From Eledone cirrhosa (Eukaryota), in assembly GCA_964016885.1 (NCBI GenBank), contig OZ024740.1:171120001-171184000 (forward strand): a DNA stretch of 64,000 nucleotides, in the 5' to 3' direction. The notes beneath the pieces are model-generated. The model searched no databases. It was not told where the DNA came from and saw nothing but the letters and a program-made list of their open reading frames with translations. Positions 1 through 13,945 of the stretch are shown here, in pieces (the first letter of the stretch is position 1; every line of letters starts with the position of its first letter). A program made the position numbers and the translations under genes.

Positions 1-305
1 GACCATTGATGAGGAGTTTACAAATCCAGTATCCAAGATACACCTCTAGCTTCATACCCATCATTATTGGAGCTACGGGTTATATACCAACCCGCTTGGA
101 CCAAAGTATGACTGAACTTGAATTTGCGGACAAAGAGGGCAGCTCCCTAATTCATAGTCTACAAATGGCTGCGATAGCTGGCACCTTCAAAATTTGCAAA
201 ACATTCTTGCGATTCAAGGGATGACAATTTCTTTTCTTTTACAACCTTGCCACCAGGAAGGTGGCCGGTCAAACAAATATACTCGAAATTAAGAGAAAGA
301 GATGA
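1..305 (+). mobile_element. 3' end of R4/Dong-like non-LTR retrotransposon (REL endonuclease C-terminus + 3'UTR), cut by window edge
   Basis: Near-identical to 1472-1775 (MRSLQIQYPRY..PIIIGATGY..KTFLRFKG and the same 3'UTR), followed by (CATA)n. Confidence 0.85.
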
Positions 306-424
306 CATACACACATACATACATACATACATACATACATACATACATACATACATACATACATACATACATAAATACACACATACACACATACATAAAT
401 ACACATACACACATACATACATAC
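306..424. repeat. (CATA)n microsatellite between tandem R4/Dong copies
   Basis: Directly visible. Confidence 0.95.
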
Positions 425-1775
425 AAATAAGGAAAGAACAAGAACTGAATACCTCAGAAGAGTAAAGAAAATATGGATCAGAACTGTCAGCGTACAACAA
501 ATACATTGCCCACAATACTTATGCTGTGCCAATTCTAACGCCAACATTTGGCCTACTGAACTGGTCATTGCAAGAACTAAGTGAGATGGATGTTAGAACT
601 CGCAAACTTCTCAGTGTTACTGGGAACTTTAACATCAATGGTGATGTGGATAGGCTATACTTCTCACGCAAGGAAGGTGGCCGGGGTCTAAAATACATAT
701 TAACATCATATGAGACCCGGATAGTAACACTGAAGCAACACCTTCAACAGAGGAAAAAGTTTGGCAACCATCTTGCCCAGGTTTATGAGCATGAAAAAAA
801 ATATATCATTAGAATAGCCACTGATCTGGAGGAGAGATTTGGAATAAAGCCTGATATAAATCTCTCACCCAGAGAAATCGGAAGATCCTATTCAATGTTC
901 AAACAAGATGAAAAAATTGACCAATTTACAGAAAAAGTTGTGCATGGATACTTGAGGCGTAAAACACAGACCATAGAGGGGATAAACCACTCAAAAAGCC
1001 TGGCATGGAGTTCCGACAAGTTTATGACATCACACCTTGAGGGATATCTCTATGCAATACAGGAACAAGAACTCCCTACCAAATATCTGCTGCACAAAAG
1101 GGGAGGGCCATCAGCTGACAATAAATGTAGGCTATGTAAAACAAAGATCGAGGATGTAAGCCACGTTGTGGCCAGCTGCGAAAGAATGTCATCTCGCTAC
1201 TACCTCCCCATGAGACACGTTGGGATAGCTAGAACCATCTGGAACGCACTTCGGAAAACAAAATTAACAACAAACGAGGAAGAATATATTAAGACAGATA
1301 GCACTAAGGAATACTGGTGGAACCTGAAAATAAAAACTGCCACCAAATTAAAGCACAACCGGCCTGATATTGTGGTTTGGGACCATACATTGAAAACGTG
1401 TTCTGTTGTGGAGATCAGCTGCCCACTTGATGTAAACGTTGTCAGAAAAATACAGAAGGAGGACATCTACAGACCATTGATGAGGAGTTTACAAATCCAG
1501 TATCCAAGATACACCTTTAGCTTCATACCCATCATTATTGGAGCTACGGGTTATATACCAACCCGCTTGGACCAAAGTATGACTGAACTTGGATTTGCGG
1601 ACAAAGAGCGCAGCTCCCTAATTCATAGTCTACAAATGGCTGCGATAGCTGGCACCTCCAAAATTTGCAAAACATTCTTGCGATTCAAGGGATGACAATT
1701 TCTTTTCTTTTACAACCTTGCCACCAGGAAGGTGGCCGGTCAAAAAAAATATACTCGAAATTAAGAGAAAGAGAT
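425..1775 (+). mobile_element. 5'-truncated R4/Dong-like non-LTR retrotransposon
   Basis: ORF 526-1695: RT thumb (RLYFSRKEGGRGL), AIQEQEL, CCHC finger CRLC..HVVASC, RH, REL nuclease RPDIVV..EISCP..K; flanked on both sides by (CATA)n. Confidence 0.85.
526..1695 (+). pseudogene. RT thumb + zinc finger + restriction-like endonuclease of R4/Dong-like LINE (N-terminally truncated)
   Basis: ORF track 389 aa with the motifs above; RT core absent. Confidence 0.8.
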
Positions 1776-2000
1776 TACATACATACATACACACATATAT
1801 ACATACATACATATACACATACATACATACTCGCATACATACACACATACATACATACATACATACATACATACATACATACATACATACATACATACAT
1901 ACATACATACATACTCGCATACATACACACATACATACATACATACATACATACATACATACATACATACATACATACATACATACATACATACACACAT
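1776..2000. repeat. (CATA)n microsatellite
   Basis: Directly visible. Confidence 0.95.
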
Positions 2001-2146
2001 ACATTGGTAGACGAATGAATATATGTATACTATAGAATGCAAAAGCTAAGTATTGTTATTAGAAGCTGCACTGAATATATAATATCGGCCCCAGTAACCA
2101 TAGTGAGAGATATATCTATTTTGTATGTCTGCAGTTCTTGTCAAAG

Positions 2147-2149
<3 letters not shown>

Positions 2150-2219
<70 letters not shown>

Positions 2220-2222
2220 TCT

Positions 2223-2262
<40 letters not shown>

Positions 2263-2602
2263 TTGAGTCAGATATTTAGTTTCATCTGATGTGTGTTCGT
2301 CATCATTTTCCATGTTGTTGTTGTTGTCGTCGTTCTTCTTCTTTTTCTTCTTCTTCTTTTTCTACTTCTTCTTCTTTTTCTTCTACTACTTGCTGTTGTT
2401 TTTGTTGTTGTTGTTGGCGTTATTCTTGTTGTTGTTGCTGGTGGTGGTGGTATTGTCATTGTTGTTGCCTCTGTTATTCTGGCTGTTACTGTTATTGTTG
2501 CTGTTGTCACTTTCATCATTTGTATATCACATAAAACACAGTAAGATGGCTAGCTCGAATACAATTGACTCTTCTTCTTCTTCTTCTTCTTCTTCTTCTT
2601 TT
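2150..2602. repeat. (CT)n followed by mixed (GTT)n/(CTT)n low-complexity repeats
   Basis: Directly visible. Confidence 0.9.
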
Positions 2603-2765
2603 GTATATTTGAAAATAATCGAAGGCATAGTGTAACTTTAAGTCCCAAAAAGATGGGTGATGAGGAGATGGAGTTTCTCGAATGCAATCGAGAAAAGAGT
2701 ACGTTTAACCTTCCATTTTTATCATTTTCATGTTTATATATTCTTCACACGATGATATATATATA

Positions 2766-3378
2766 TGTGTGACTTTGGCCTCCTGATCTGCGAGCCACAC
2801 CAATGTCGCTGTGGATCCACCGTAGATTCTTTCGGCCTCCACCTGCATTCCTGTCGCCACAGTGCCGGCCGCCTTCCACGCCATGGTGCCCTCAACGAGG
2901 TCATAAAGCATGACTTGGACGCTGCAGGCTTCCCTTCTCAGCTCGGGCCGGTAGTGCTGGACCGAGGAGACAGCAAAAGGCCAGATGGTATGACCATTTT
3001 CCCGTTCCGCGGTGGTAAACCCCTCATCTGGGATACCACTTGCAGCGACACTTTCTCCAGCCGCAACCTGGTGCAGTCTGCGACTAACCCATGATCTGGT
3101 CTGTTGCACGTCGGGCTGAGGAGGCCAAACTCTCCAAATACCGATCGCTCTCCGACAGGTTTGCGGTCGTACCCTTGGCAGTGGAGACTTCTGGTGTCTT
3201 CGGCCTTAGGGCTACCTCCCTACTCACCACCATAGGCGCTGAGCTGGCCAGCCACAGGTGTGAGCCTCGCCAGTTGGAATGGCTTTTCCAGCGCGTCTCC
3301 CTTGCCGTCCTCCGGAGAAACGCCTTCTCCATTCTGTCCGCTGGGGATGGGGGGGGGGGGCACCAATATGATCACTGA
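2766..3378 (+). mobile_element. 3' fragment of CRE-like non-LTR retrotransposon (zinc finger + REL endonuclease), pseudogenised
   Basis: CRCG..DSFGLHLHSC..RHGALN..KRPDG..WDTT..AEEAKLSKY..PLAVETSG..QRVSLAVLRRNAFSIL; disruption near 3092; begins after a TA run. Confidence 0.75.
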
Positions 3379-4016
3379 CTTGTCATTTTATCAGTCAACT
3401 GTTGCTGTCGTTAACGTCTGTCAGTCTTTTATACACTCGACTTGAAGGAATGTAACAAAACCTTCCACTACCAACACCACTAGGTAAATATTTGACTGTT
3501 TAAAGGCTGATGTACTGACTGACAATGTGGCTATATATAACAGATTACAATACTGTTCAGGACAGTATTCTACTTGTTGTTGTTGTTGTTGTTGTTGTTG
3601 TTCGGGTTATTGCTATTATTTGGTCTGCTAAAAGAAAAAACAATTAACTACAATCTGTCACCTTTCTATTCTATCTAAAGTTTTATATTTTATTTTCGCT
3701 GTACTTTTAGGCGATCGCTAAAATATATAGACTTATTAAGAATATTGAGGGATATTTGTTGTTTCTAGCTTGTCGAGCAAAGGTGTAGAAGATTCCTGTT
3801 AACCCAAACGTTAACAAGGATCTTCTAGCAATTAAGATAGTTGATCTTCAAGTATACAATATCACTTTCACTTTGGCACAGCAAAAGTTATATTTTTTAC
3901 TCAGAGATCACTGAAGTTTAATAACAACCTTGCCCGGACTTGTGCCTCGGGGGAAACATTCTAGGTGCAAGTCTCATTCGTGCAAGTGTCATTCGTAATC
4001 ATAGGGATTCTTTACC

Positions 4017-4516
<500 letters not shown>

Positions 4517-4544
4517 AGATTCAGGACCCCGAAAAAAGTAAAAG

Positions 4545-4875
4545 TAAAAGTAAAGACCCCCTTGGGTTAAGAATGACCATGGGATTTGTACCTAGAACCA
4601 TTGCCTTCGAAGCACGAGTCCGGGCAAGGTTGTTTGTGGAAGACCACCAGTCGCCCATGTATACCAGTCTCCTCTCTCTACACCACCGATCTTGGAAAGG
4701 CTAAGGCCGATCTAGCTTGGCACCAGTGACTTCGCAATTCATTTCTACAGTTGAGTGAATTGAAGCAACGTCAAATAAAGCGTTTTGCACAAGAACACAA
4801 CCCAAAGCCCGGTCCGAAAATTGAACTTATAACCTCACGATTGTAAGCCCGATGCTCTAACCGCTAAGCCATGCT
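4545..4875 (-). mobile_element. tRNA-headed SINE, family S1 (CORE-like body)
   Basis: Minus strand gcatggcttagcggttagagc..agttcaattttc (A/B-box-like) followed by tgtgttcttgtgcaaaacgctttatttgacgttgc; homologous to 17235-17492 and 33020-33275. Confidence 0.75.
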
Positions 4876-5229
4876 TATGTGGAAGAATTTTAGAATATCT
4901 GCTCTCTTTCTTTGTTTTTCATTTGTAATACATGATCTTTAAATAAAGGATTCATCACATTTTTGACAAATAATACGATTCAAGTGACTGACGGATAAAA
5001 AATGTTGTACATTTATTATAATATAGATTAATTACATGTTTGTGTCAAATCATGGTTGAATTTGAATTCTTGGAAAATAATTGTGACTTCATATTTCATT
5101 CTCTACAGATGATAACCATGTGTGAAACAATAAAACTCAGAATTAATTTAAAGAATAAATTTCTTATTTTTTTCTCCGACTGCCAGGTGACCGGTCAAGA
5201 CAAACATTAAATATTTAATCCCGAAACGT

Positions 5230-5530
5230 TGATGGACATCCGTCGGATCCGATGACGAGTGTTCCAATTGTTTAAATTATGGAATCGCTCACTCGTGAAA
5301 TTAACGTAATTGGCTGAGAATTTCACAGACACGTGTACTCAGATTCAGCGTGAAACAGAGTGCGATGTGACTGGCCCTTTTGAACCACATGTACAATTCA
5401 TTTTTGCCAACTGATTGAAATTTAACAAAATAAAATAAAGTGTCTTGCTCATGGACACTACACGCAGCGGGGTATCGAAGTCACGATCGAAAGCCGAACA
5501 CCCAATCCACAAAGTCATTCGCTTTCACAA
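5230..5530 (-). mobile_element. Degenerate tRNA-headed SINE (S1-related)
   Basis: aaataaagtgtcttgctcatggacac motif plus a tRNA-like head on the minus strand. Confidence 0.55.
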
Positions 5531-5738
5531 TCAACAAAAGTCATACATATTCATATATGCATGCTAGCATCCATACAACGAGACAGACAGACAGACAAGC
5601 AGATATGTAAACAGATAGGCAGGCGACAGAAAGGCAGACAGAAAGACAAGCATACAAGCAGATATATCTTTGCTTTACACCATACCGCCAATCAAAATGA
5701 GCCATGAAACACCAATCAAGAAAAGAAAATACACGCTT

Positions 5739-6048
<310 letters not shown>

Positions 6049-6404
6049 GTGTGTGAGTGTGTGAACAAAAATACCTGTTACTACCTGAACTCAAACATGA
6101 GTCGTGTCAAATTGTCATCTCAATGAAACTATATACATTTTATCAAAACATATAAACGTATCTTACAGATGTTTGAAATTTCAAGCTTAAAGATTGACTG
6201 AGATTGGAAATCTGTGACATTAATTCTTCTCCCAAAGACTTCCTATGGGAAATGGAAACAATAGGGTCGGGATATATGGTGAATTCAGTTTGATGTGAGC
6301 TTAGAACCGATCCACACAAACATTGGTAAATCAATATATAAAGAAAGAAATAAAGATAGATAGAGTGAGATAGAGAGAGTGTGTGTGTGTGAGAGAGAGA
6401 GGGG

Positions 6405-6405
<1 letters not shown>

Positions 6406-6466
<61 letters not shown>
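6406..6466. repeat. (GATA)n microsatellite at the 3' end of the Tx1-like element
   Basis: Directly visible. Confidence 0.95.
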
Positions 6467-6467
<1 letters not shown>

Positions 6468-8345
6468 TTCTTTATTAACCACAAGGTCGCACAAGAAAAG
6501 GGGACAAAACAAGGACACATGCCAGGGATTTTACATACAATCGTGTAAAAATATGAAACAAACAATTATAACAATCGAAATACCCAATAGGGGGAGGCGC
6601 CACAAATGGGTTGTTTAATACCCTGTAGATAGAACAACCCTCAACTTTAGGAGCGTGTTGTGCAAGTGCTCCTTTCTTCCTTTTGCCCTCTTCTTCAACC
6701 TACAGGTTTATATAGAGAGAAAGCCCAATTACTCGGGCGATTTTTGCCACATTCACCCACCTTTCAGCAAATTTACTGGGATGCAGTGCCTCTCTCTCCA
6801 CTCTGATTCTCCTTCTAAAGTGGTACCTAAAGAAGGGAATGAGTTGTTGTCCGGAGAGAAAGGTATCTGTCCTCAGTCCTCTCAATCTCGTCTACCATAT
6901 AACCTCTTTCACCATAGCCACTATTCAGAGGAAAACCGCCTCTCTTTCGTTTTTGAAAGAATTCAGTGGTTTGATGCTTACTATGGACTCGGCACTCAAC
7001 TGGATTTGTCCCATACGCGACAGCAGTTGTTCTGCGTAGTTCCACAGGTCGGTTTCGCCAGGGCAGTGTACAATTGCGTGCAAGACGGTTTCAATGTCTT
7101 GCTCGCATCTTGGACACGTCCTCTTGGAAGGATCCCTGCCGGGGCGGCCGTGCCTGTAGATCTTGTCACGAACTGGTAGAGCTCCTTGGTAGCACTGCGC
7201 TTTACCTACCAAGTTCTCGACGACAAGCGCCAACCTCGTTGCCAACACCTTGGCCAAAATCTTTAACTCTGTGTTGAGCACATTTATGGGCCTAAAGTTT
7301 CTTAGTTCGTCCTCCTTGTTCTCGTCTTTCCTGATCAGCGTTACTACGCCCCTGCCTGCAGAACTGGGAATTCTCCCGTTCTGCTGCCAGTTGCAGTAGA
7401 CGGCCTCGAAGACGCCAGAGAACAAGTCCGGCATGCCTATGTAAAACTCATAGGGTAGACCATCTAGACCGGTGATTTGCGTTTCCCGCAGCAGCCCAGA
7501 GCGTCCCGTATCTCAGTGGCTGTGATCAGTCTTTCGCAGAACTCGGCGTCCATGCCCGAGAGACGCGGCAGGCCGTCGAGGTATGAACTAAAGTCCATTG
7601 CTCTGTTCGACGCACCGCCACTCTGCTCAAACAGTTGCGCAAAATGCCGCTGAAAGGTCGCGCACATCCGCTTGGTGTCAAGTAGCACGCGTCCATTTGG
7701 GTCTTTCAAAGACCGAATCGTGAACTTGTTGCCACCTTTTGCCTCTGCCACTCGGGCCCAGCTAACAGCTTTCGCTCCCTCGTTTCCTAAAGCACGTGAT
7801 TTACTTCTGACCACGCAGCCTTCGTGTTTCGCGTCGAAGAACTGGTCCAGTGCCGTTCTCGTTGCTAGCACTCTAGCTACGTTGCCACTCCTAAGCGCCT
7901 CCTTTACCTTGGCTACTAGTTCCGTTTCTGTTTTGTTTTTCTCTAAAGCTAACTCTCTGCTAAAGTCTATTGACTCTACTCTAATTGCTTTCTTGAGGGC
8001 GTACCACCATCTATTGTTGACGATGGCTCCTGTCAAGTGTTGCTTAACTAATCTACTTATCCTTTCACTGTAGGCTTTACGTATCGGTAGCGACACGTTC
8101 AGCTTCCAGTATCCGGGTCCTTGTCTATGTATTCTATCACGGTTGACTATGCATATAACTAGTTTGTGGTCTGATAGGCAACCGTGTGCATTTGTGGACA
8201 GCTTAACATCTTCTTGTCTCTCTCTCTAATAAAGAACCTGTCTAAATACGATCTACATGTCCCGCTACGGTTTGTCCATGTCCACTGTGGTGCAGTCGGG
8301 AAATCTAGTCGATAGTTATCGGCCAGTTGGAATTGGCCGATTAAA
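6467..8345 (-). mobile_element. 5'-truncated, internally deleted Tx1/L1-like LINE
   Basis: ORFs 7464-8096, 6925-7434 and 6700-6885 are colinear with ORF2 of the 40902-46612 element (SYLDRF, GYWKLN, NFRPINVLN, CPRC..ETVLHAIVHC); RT core missing. Confidence 0.9.
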
Positions 8346-8835
8346 GATTAGCGAAAAGGAGAATATCTGTTCAGAACTAATGAGAAATCTGCAGATACTC
8401 CACCCTGAGTATACCTTCAGATTTATGCCTGTGATTATTGGGGCACTGGGATATGTTAGTAAATGCCTGGGCTTCACAGATACAGAAAGAACACGACTAG
8501 TTAGGAAATTACAAGTAAAATCCATTATTGGAACAATAAAAATATATAAAACATTCCATAACTTCTGCATCTAATAACTGCATGTACACTTGTACAAATA
8601 CAAAGCATGTGCACATGCACACATACAACTCAAAACATACACATCCACACATACAATAACATTCATACCTGCACACATACAATAACATTCATACCTGCAC
8701 ACACATGCAGGCATGCATACATATCTACCTAGTTGATGTTGTGTGAATTCCAATGTGAGAGTCTTGTATCTCTGTTAGAAACCGGCTCTCTTTCTCTATT
8801 GGCAAAAATTTGTGAAATTATAAAACCAGAAGAAC
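8346..8835 (+). mobile_element. Short 3' fragment of a second R4/Dong-like subfamily
   Basis: KISEKENICSELMRNLQILHPEYTFRFMPVIIGALGYV..GTIKIYKTF aligns to the C-terminus of ORF 526-1695; (CATA)n starts at about 8835. Confidence 0.7.
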
Positions 8836-9429
8836 ATACATACATACATACATACATACATACATACATACATACATACATACATGTACACATGTACAGA
8901 TACAAAGCACATGTACATGCACACATATAACTCAAAACATACATATCCACACATACAATAACCTCCATACCTGCACACACATGCATGCATGCAGGCGTGT
9001 CGGTGTATAATGGGAATATATATAAGAATGCACTGTGAATGTACAAGCGCATGCTAATTTATGCATGTAGGCGTCTGTGTATAAGTGCGTGTGTATGTGC
9101 ATGTGTATGTGTACTTGTGCCTGAGAGCGTGCGCAGTCATGCGTGTTGGGATGTATGTGTGTGCGTGCGTGCGTACTCGTGTGTGTGAGTGCGCGTGTGC
9201 GTGTGCATGTGCATGCGTGTGTGCATGTGTGCATGTGTAAATGCTGAAAACTCCTATTCAGACAAGCTAATCATGGCATATCATTCGATATCAATATATA
9301 CACTGAAGCTTCTGCTTCCCCTTCCCTTCTGCTTTATTTCTTACCCTGATCAACATTCCTTCACCTTCCTTTTCATTTATCTGCCTTCACAGCTACCTCT
9401 TCTACTTTCTTTCCCGCATCCCTTGTAAC

Positions 9430-9434
<5 letters not shown>

Positions 9435-9504
<70 letters not shown>

Positions 9505-9633
9505 CATTTATATATATATATATAAGCATTTATATATATATATATATAAGCATTTATATATATATATATATATAAGCATTTATATATATATATGCATACG
9601 TATATGTAGATGTGTGTGTATATATATGTATGC

Positions 9634-9687
<54 letters not shown>

Positions 9688-9737
9688 GTATATATATATA
9701 TATTTACGCATATATATATATACACACACATCTACAT

Positions 9738-9805
<68 letters not shown>

Positions 9806-9820
9806 TATATATATATATAA
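9435..9820. repeat. (TA)n microsatellite with AAGCATT interruptions
   Basis: Directly visible. Confidence 0.9.
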
Positions 9821-10012
9821 ACACACACAATCACTTGTTACTGCTGTTCTTATCACTCTACATGGACTTCGCCGCACTGCGTACGACTGACTGGTCAAAT
9901 CAATAGGCTGTGGCAGTCAGTCTGGTTGGCTGGGTGCCTGTCTGCCGACACACTCGTTCACGTGCTCCTCCCCCATATATTCGATATGGATGTATATATA
10001 TATATATATGAG

Positions 10013-10044
<32 letters not shown>

Positions 10045-10266
10045 GTATAGATAGGGCAGTGCTATGGTTATGTCTGTGGTGGGGACATACTGTGCGGTTG
10101 GAGTGATAAAAACGCTATTGTGCTTTGCTAAAAATGCCCTAAGGCATCTCCTATCTTCATTGTTGCACCCACCCCCTTTTCTTTGTTTTGTTTTGTTGTT
10201 GTGGTCTTTTCTCTGTGCCTCGTTGTTGTTTTTTTATTTTTTTTATTTTTCCATTTCCATTCCAAG

Positions 10267-10309
10267 TTGGGCCCGATTTTGAGCTTTCTCTAATCCGGAG
10301 TATGATAAT
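10267..10309 (+). CDS. Candidate internal exon of an unidentified host gene (xGPDFELSLIRSMIx)
   Basis: Long polypyrimidine tract ending ccaAG, 43-nt open frame (phase 1 to 2), GTGAGT donor; ab initio only. Confidence 0.4.
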
Positions 10310-10484
10310 GTGAGTAGGTTCTAGTGAAGTCATTCAACTATTTGGGTCAATTCAATCGACTACCTAAAAACTATAAACCCTAACTATGTTTCTTTCCGTA
10401 AAAGAAAATAGCATTGTGGTGCTATGCCAAAGTTAGAAATCAATATTAAGGTATATTTGGTTATACATCTGAACGTATAGACAC

Positions 10485-11185
<701 letters not shown>

Positions 11186-11188
11186 AAA

Positions 11189-11305
11189 TATAGGAAAAGA
11201 GTGAGGACCCCGACGGCTGAGCTCCGACCGTTTCGACACCTAGATCTGAACTGAGTTCAGATCTAGCTGACTCTTTCCTTATTACCCACTCTACTACCCT
11301 AAGTA
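11189..11305. repeat. Short TA-embedded dispersed repeat, family C
   Basis: gaccccgacggctgagctcc..ccgtttcgaca shared with 14133, 26898 and 53412; internal palindrome ctagatctgaac-tga-gttcagatctag. Confidence 0.7.
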
Positions 11306-11486
11306 TTTATATATATAAACACATATATGTTAGGTGATTCCGAAGGAAGAGCAAAGAAAAAAATAGTGCTCTATGTATAAAACAGAGCTATCTCTGTCTG
11401 ATGACCGATCCAGACGTATATTAATATTGTCTGGGACCAGAAACCTTTGATAATGGAGTAATTATATTTTGTGTTGTTCACTTTCT

Positions 11487-11590
<104 letters not shown>

Positions 11591-11716
11591 ATGGTAACCC
11601 AAAGGATGTCGGGAGATAACTACAGTTTAATAAGGTACTCAATACATTAAGTAAAAGTAAGCATATTATTTTTTTTATTCGTATGAAATCCTCAGTTCTA
11701 GACCTGTAGAAGTCCT

Positions 11717-11784
<68 letters not shown>

Positions 11785-12010
11785 TGCATGTATAGTATAT
11801 TTGGCAATATACCCTATGTTTAATTTAAAACAATTAGAAGACCATTCGCTATCAGTTTTAGTGTAGTGACTATATCACTTACTTATATTTTCGGCAGAGG
11901 TTGGGAGAATGGCTGACAGCTGTTTCTCGCTGCTTGGCGTTTAAGCCACGCACTCATCTACCTTTGCCGAAAATTATAGAAGCTGGATTCTTTTAGAATT
12001 CCAGTAATAA

Positions 12011-13945
12011 CACCGTGTAACATATTTTTTGTTCCCCGTTCTAAGTGTCATTTCATGGTTTGTTATATCCCATTATTATAAATAAAAAAACACTAATATT
12101 TAATCAGAAGTTTGGGTTTGTGGTGAGGAGTTTGATATTTCGAAATTTACATATTTTTCAAGAAAAAACACTTTTTTTTAATTTATCAGTTCATATAATT
12201 AAATCAACAGAGTATATATTTATTTTATTACACAAGCTTATCAAAAGCAAACAAGTAAAAACAAATAACACTTATAAAGCAACTTATACACGTCAGAAAT
12301 GACTGGATTTCCTGGATTTGCGGTTGTATTCCAGGTCGCATTCCCGCACACGCCCCCAGATATAGTCCCCCATCATTTTTTCATTGTAGTGGCCCTGGTA
12401 CCTCCTCTCTACCTCTTTCACATCGTTCGCCTTGTTCTTCTGAGTAGGCACCCATATTGTCCTTGAATTTTTTCAGGTGAGCGTCCAGCATATGGAGTTT
12501 AAGCGACATCCAGTATCCCATGGCGCCAAAAGCCTCTATCAGATCCTGCACCAGTTGCTGGTAGTTTTCAGCTCTGTAGTTGCCCAGGAAGCCCTTAACA
12601 ACTGCCTTGAAACAGTTCCATGCTGTTCTCTCAATCCTATTGAGCTTATTGGAGAACTCGGTAGACTCAAACACCTTCTTTATCTGAGGTCCAACAAAAA
12701 TTTCACCTTTGATTTTGGCCTCAGATAACTTGGGGAAGAACTCAAGAAGGTACTTAAAAGCGGCTGATTCTTGGTTGAGAGCCTTCACAAACTGCTTCAT
12801 CAACCCCAACTTAATGTGCAGTGGCGGCATGAGCACAATCCTGGGATCAACCAGTGGCTCCTATATGACTTTCCGGGTCCCAACTACAAATTCTGTTCGC
12901 TGCTCCCAATTATTTCTTTTGTAGTGGTCAGAGGTGGCTCTGCTGTCCCAAAGGCAGAGGAAGCATTGGAATTTGATAAAGCCTCCTTGGAGTCCAAGCA
13001 GGAAAGCCACCATCTTGAAGTCTCCAATGATTTCCCAATTGTACTGATTGTATTGCAGAGCTTCCAAGAGGACTTTCACACTGTAGTAATCTTCCTTCAG
13101 GCAGACTGGATGAGATAGGGGCAGTGTCGGGAACTTGTTTCCATTGTGGAGGAGGACTGCCTTCAAACTTGTGGTGGAGCTGTCTATAAATAGCCGCCAC
13201 TCCTTGGGCACAAACGGCACCCCAATATCGTCAAACAATCCAGGCACGTCAGGGCAGAAGCAGAGGCCATCCTTAAGAGTGTAAAAGCCTGAGAAACGTT
13301 CGTGTCGACTTCTCTGACTTGTCACCTGCACTTCCTCCTTGACCAAGTTCCATTGCTTCATCCTGGAGACGAATAGCTCTGCATTGGACTTGGTCAGACC
13401 CATATCCCTGACTAAGTCATTGACTTCTTTTTGGTTTGGGAAGTGAGGAACCTTTTCTGGTACCTCAGGCAGGTAATCCAAGTCCTCAGCATTCATCTCC
13501 TCCTCTTCATCGGAATACTTGTCTTGGAAAATAAATTTGATATGCAATACAAAATAAATATTTGGAAAGGGAAATACATATTTAGAACACTAATCATACT
13601 AATGAAAATTCGTACTTAAAACACAACTTACCCTTTATTCAGGGTGCGGAAATCCAGTATCAATAAATGTCTTTAATCCACTTTTTTACAATTTTATACT
13701 CTTTATTTTATAATTTTAATTTAACCTGAAACATATATAAAAAAATCATTTAACATAAGCAAATTAAACTTACATAAAAACGTAAAATCCAGCATACAAA
13801 TAATTCTAGTGAATAGCTTAGAATTTTTACAAACCCAAACTTTTAACTGTTTAATAGCACTTTTTTATTTATTTGGGACTAAGAAACTCTTAAAAAGTGA
13901 TTACAAGCCAGGAACAGAGAAAACATTTTTTTTTGTTACACGGTT
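12011..13945 (-). mobile_element. Chapaev3-like (CMC) DNA transposon, defective
   Basis: TIR CACCGTGTAACA at 12011 and TGTTACACGGT(T) ending 13945, TAA on both flanks; transposase motifs inside. Family assignment is from recalled motifs. Confidence 0.75.
12300..13522 (-). pseudogene. DDE transposase (Chapaev3-like), disrupted
   Basis: WRLFIDSS..LKAVLLHNGN, GDFKMVAFLLGLQGG..CFLCLWDSR, PPLHIKLGLMKQFVKAL, MSLKLHML, SEEQGER; stop at about 12861 and frameshift near 12410. Confidence 0.8.

Noticed and set aside
2268-2635. Cys-rich, hydrophobic or Arg/Thr-rich small ORFs
   Set aside because: Trinucleotide low-complexity repeats.
5110-5187. AG-ATG open frame after a pyrimidine tract
   Set aside because: Weak donor and phase not compatible with the next candidate exon.
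7672-8073. Antisense ORFs over LINE and transposase sequences (also 43747-44169, 55940-56418)
   Set aside because: Shadow ORFs of GC-rich TE coding strands.
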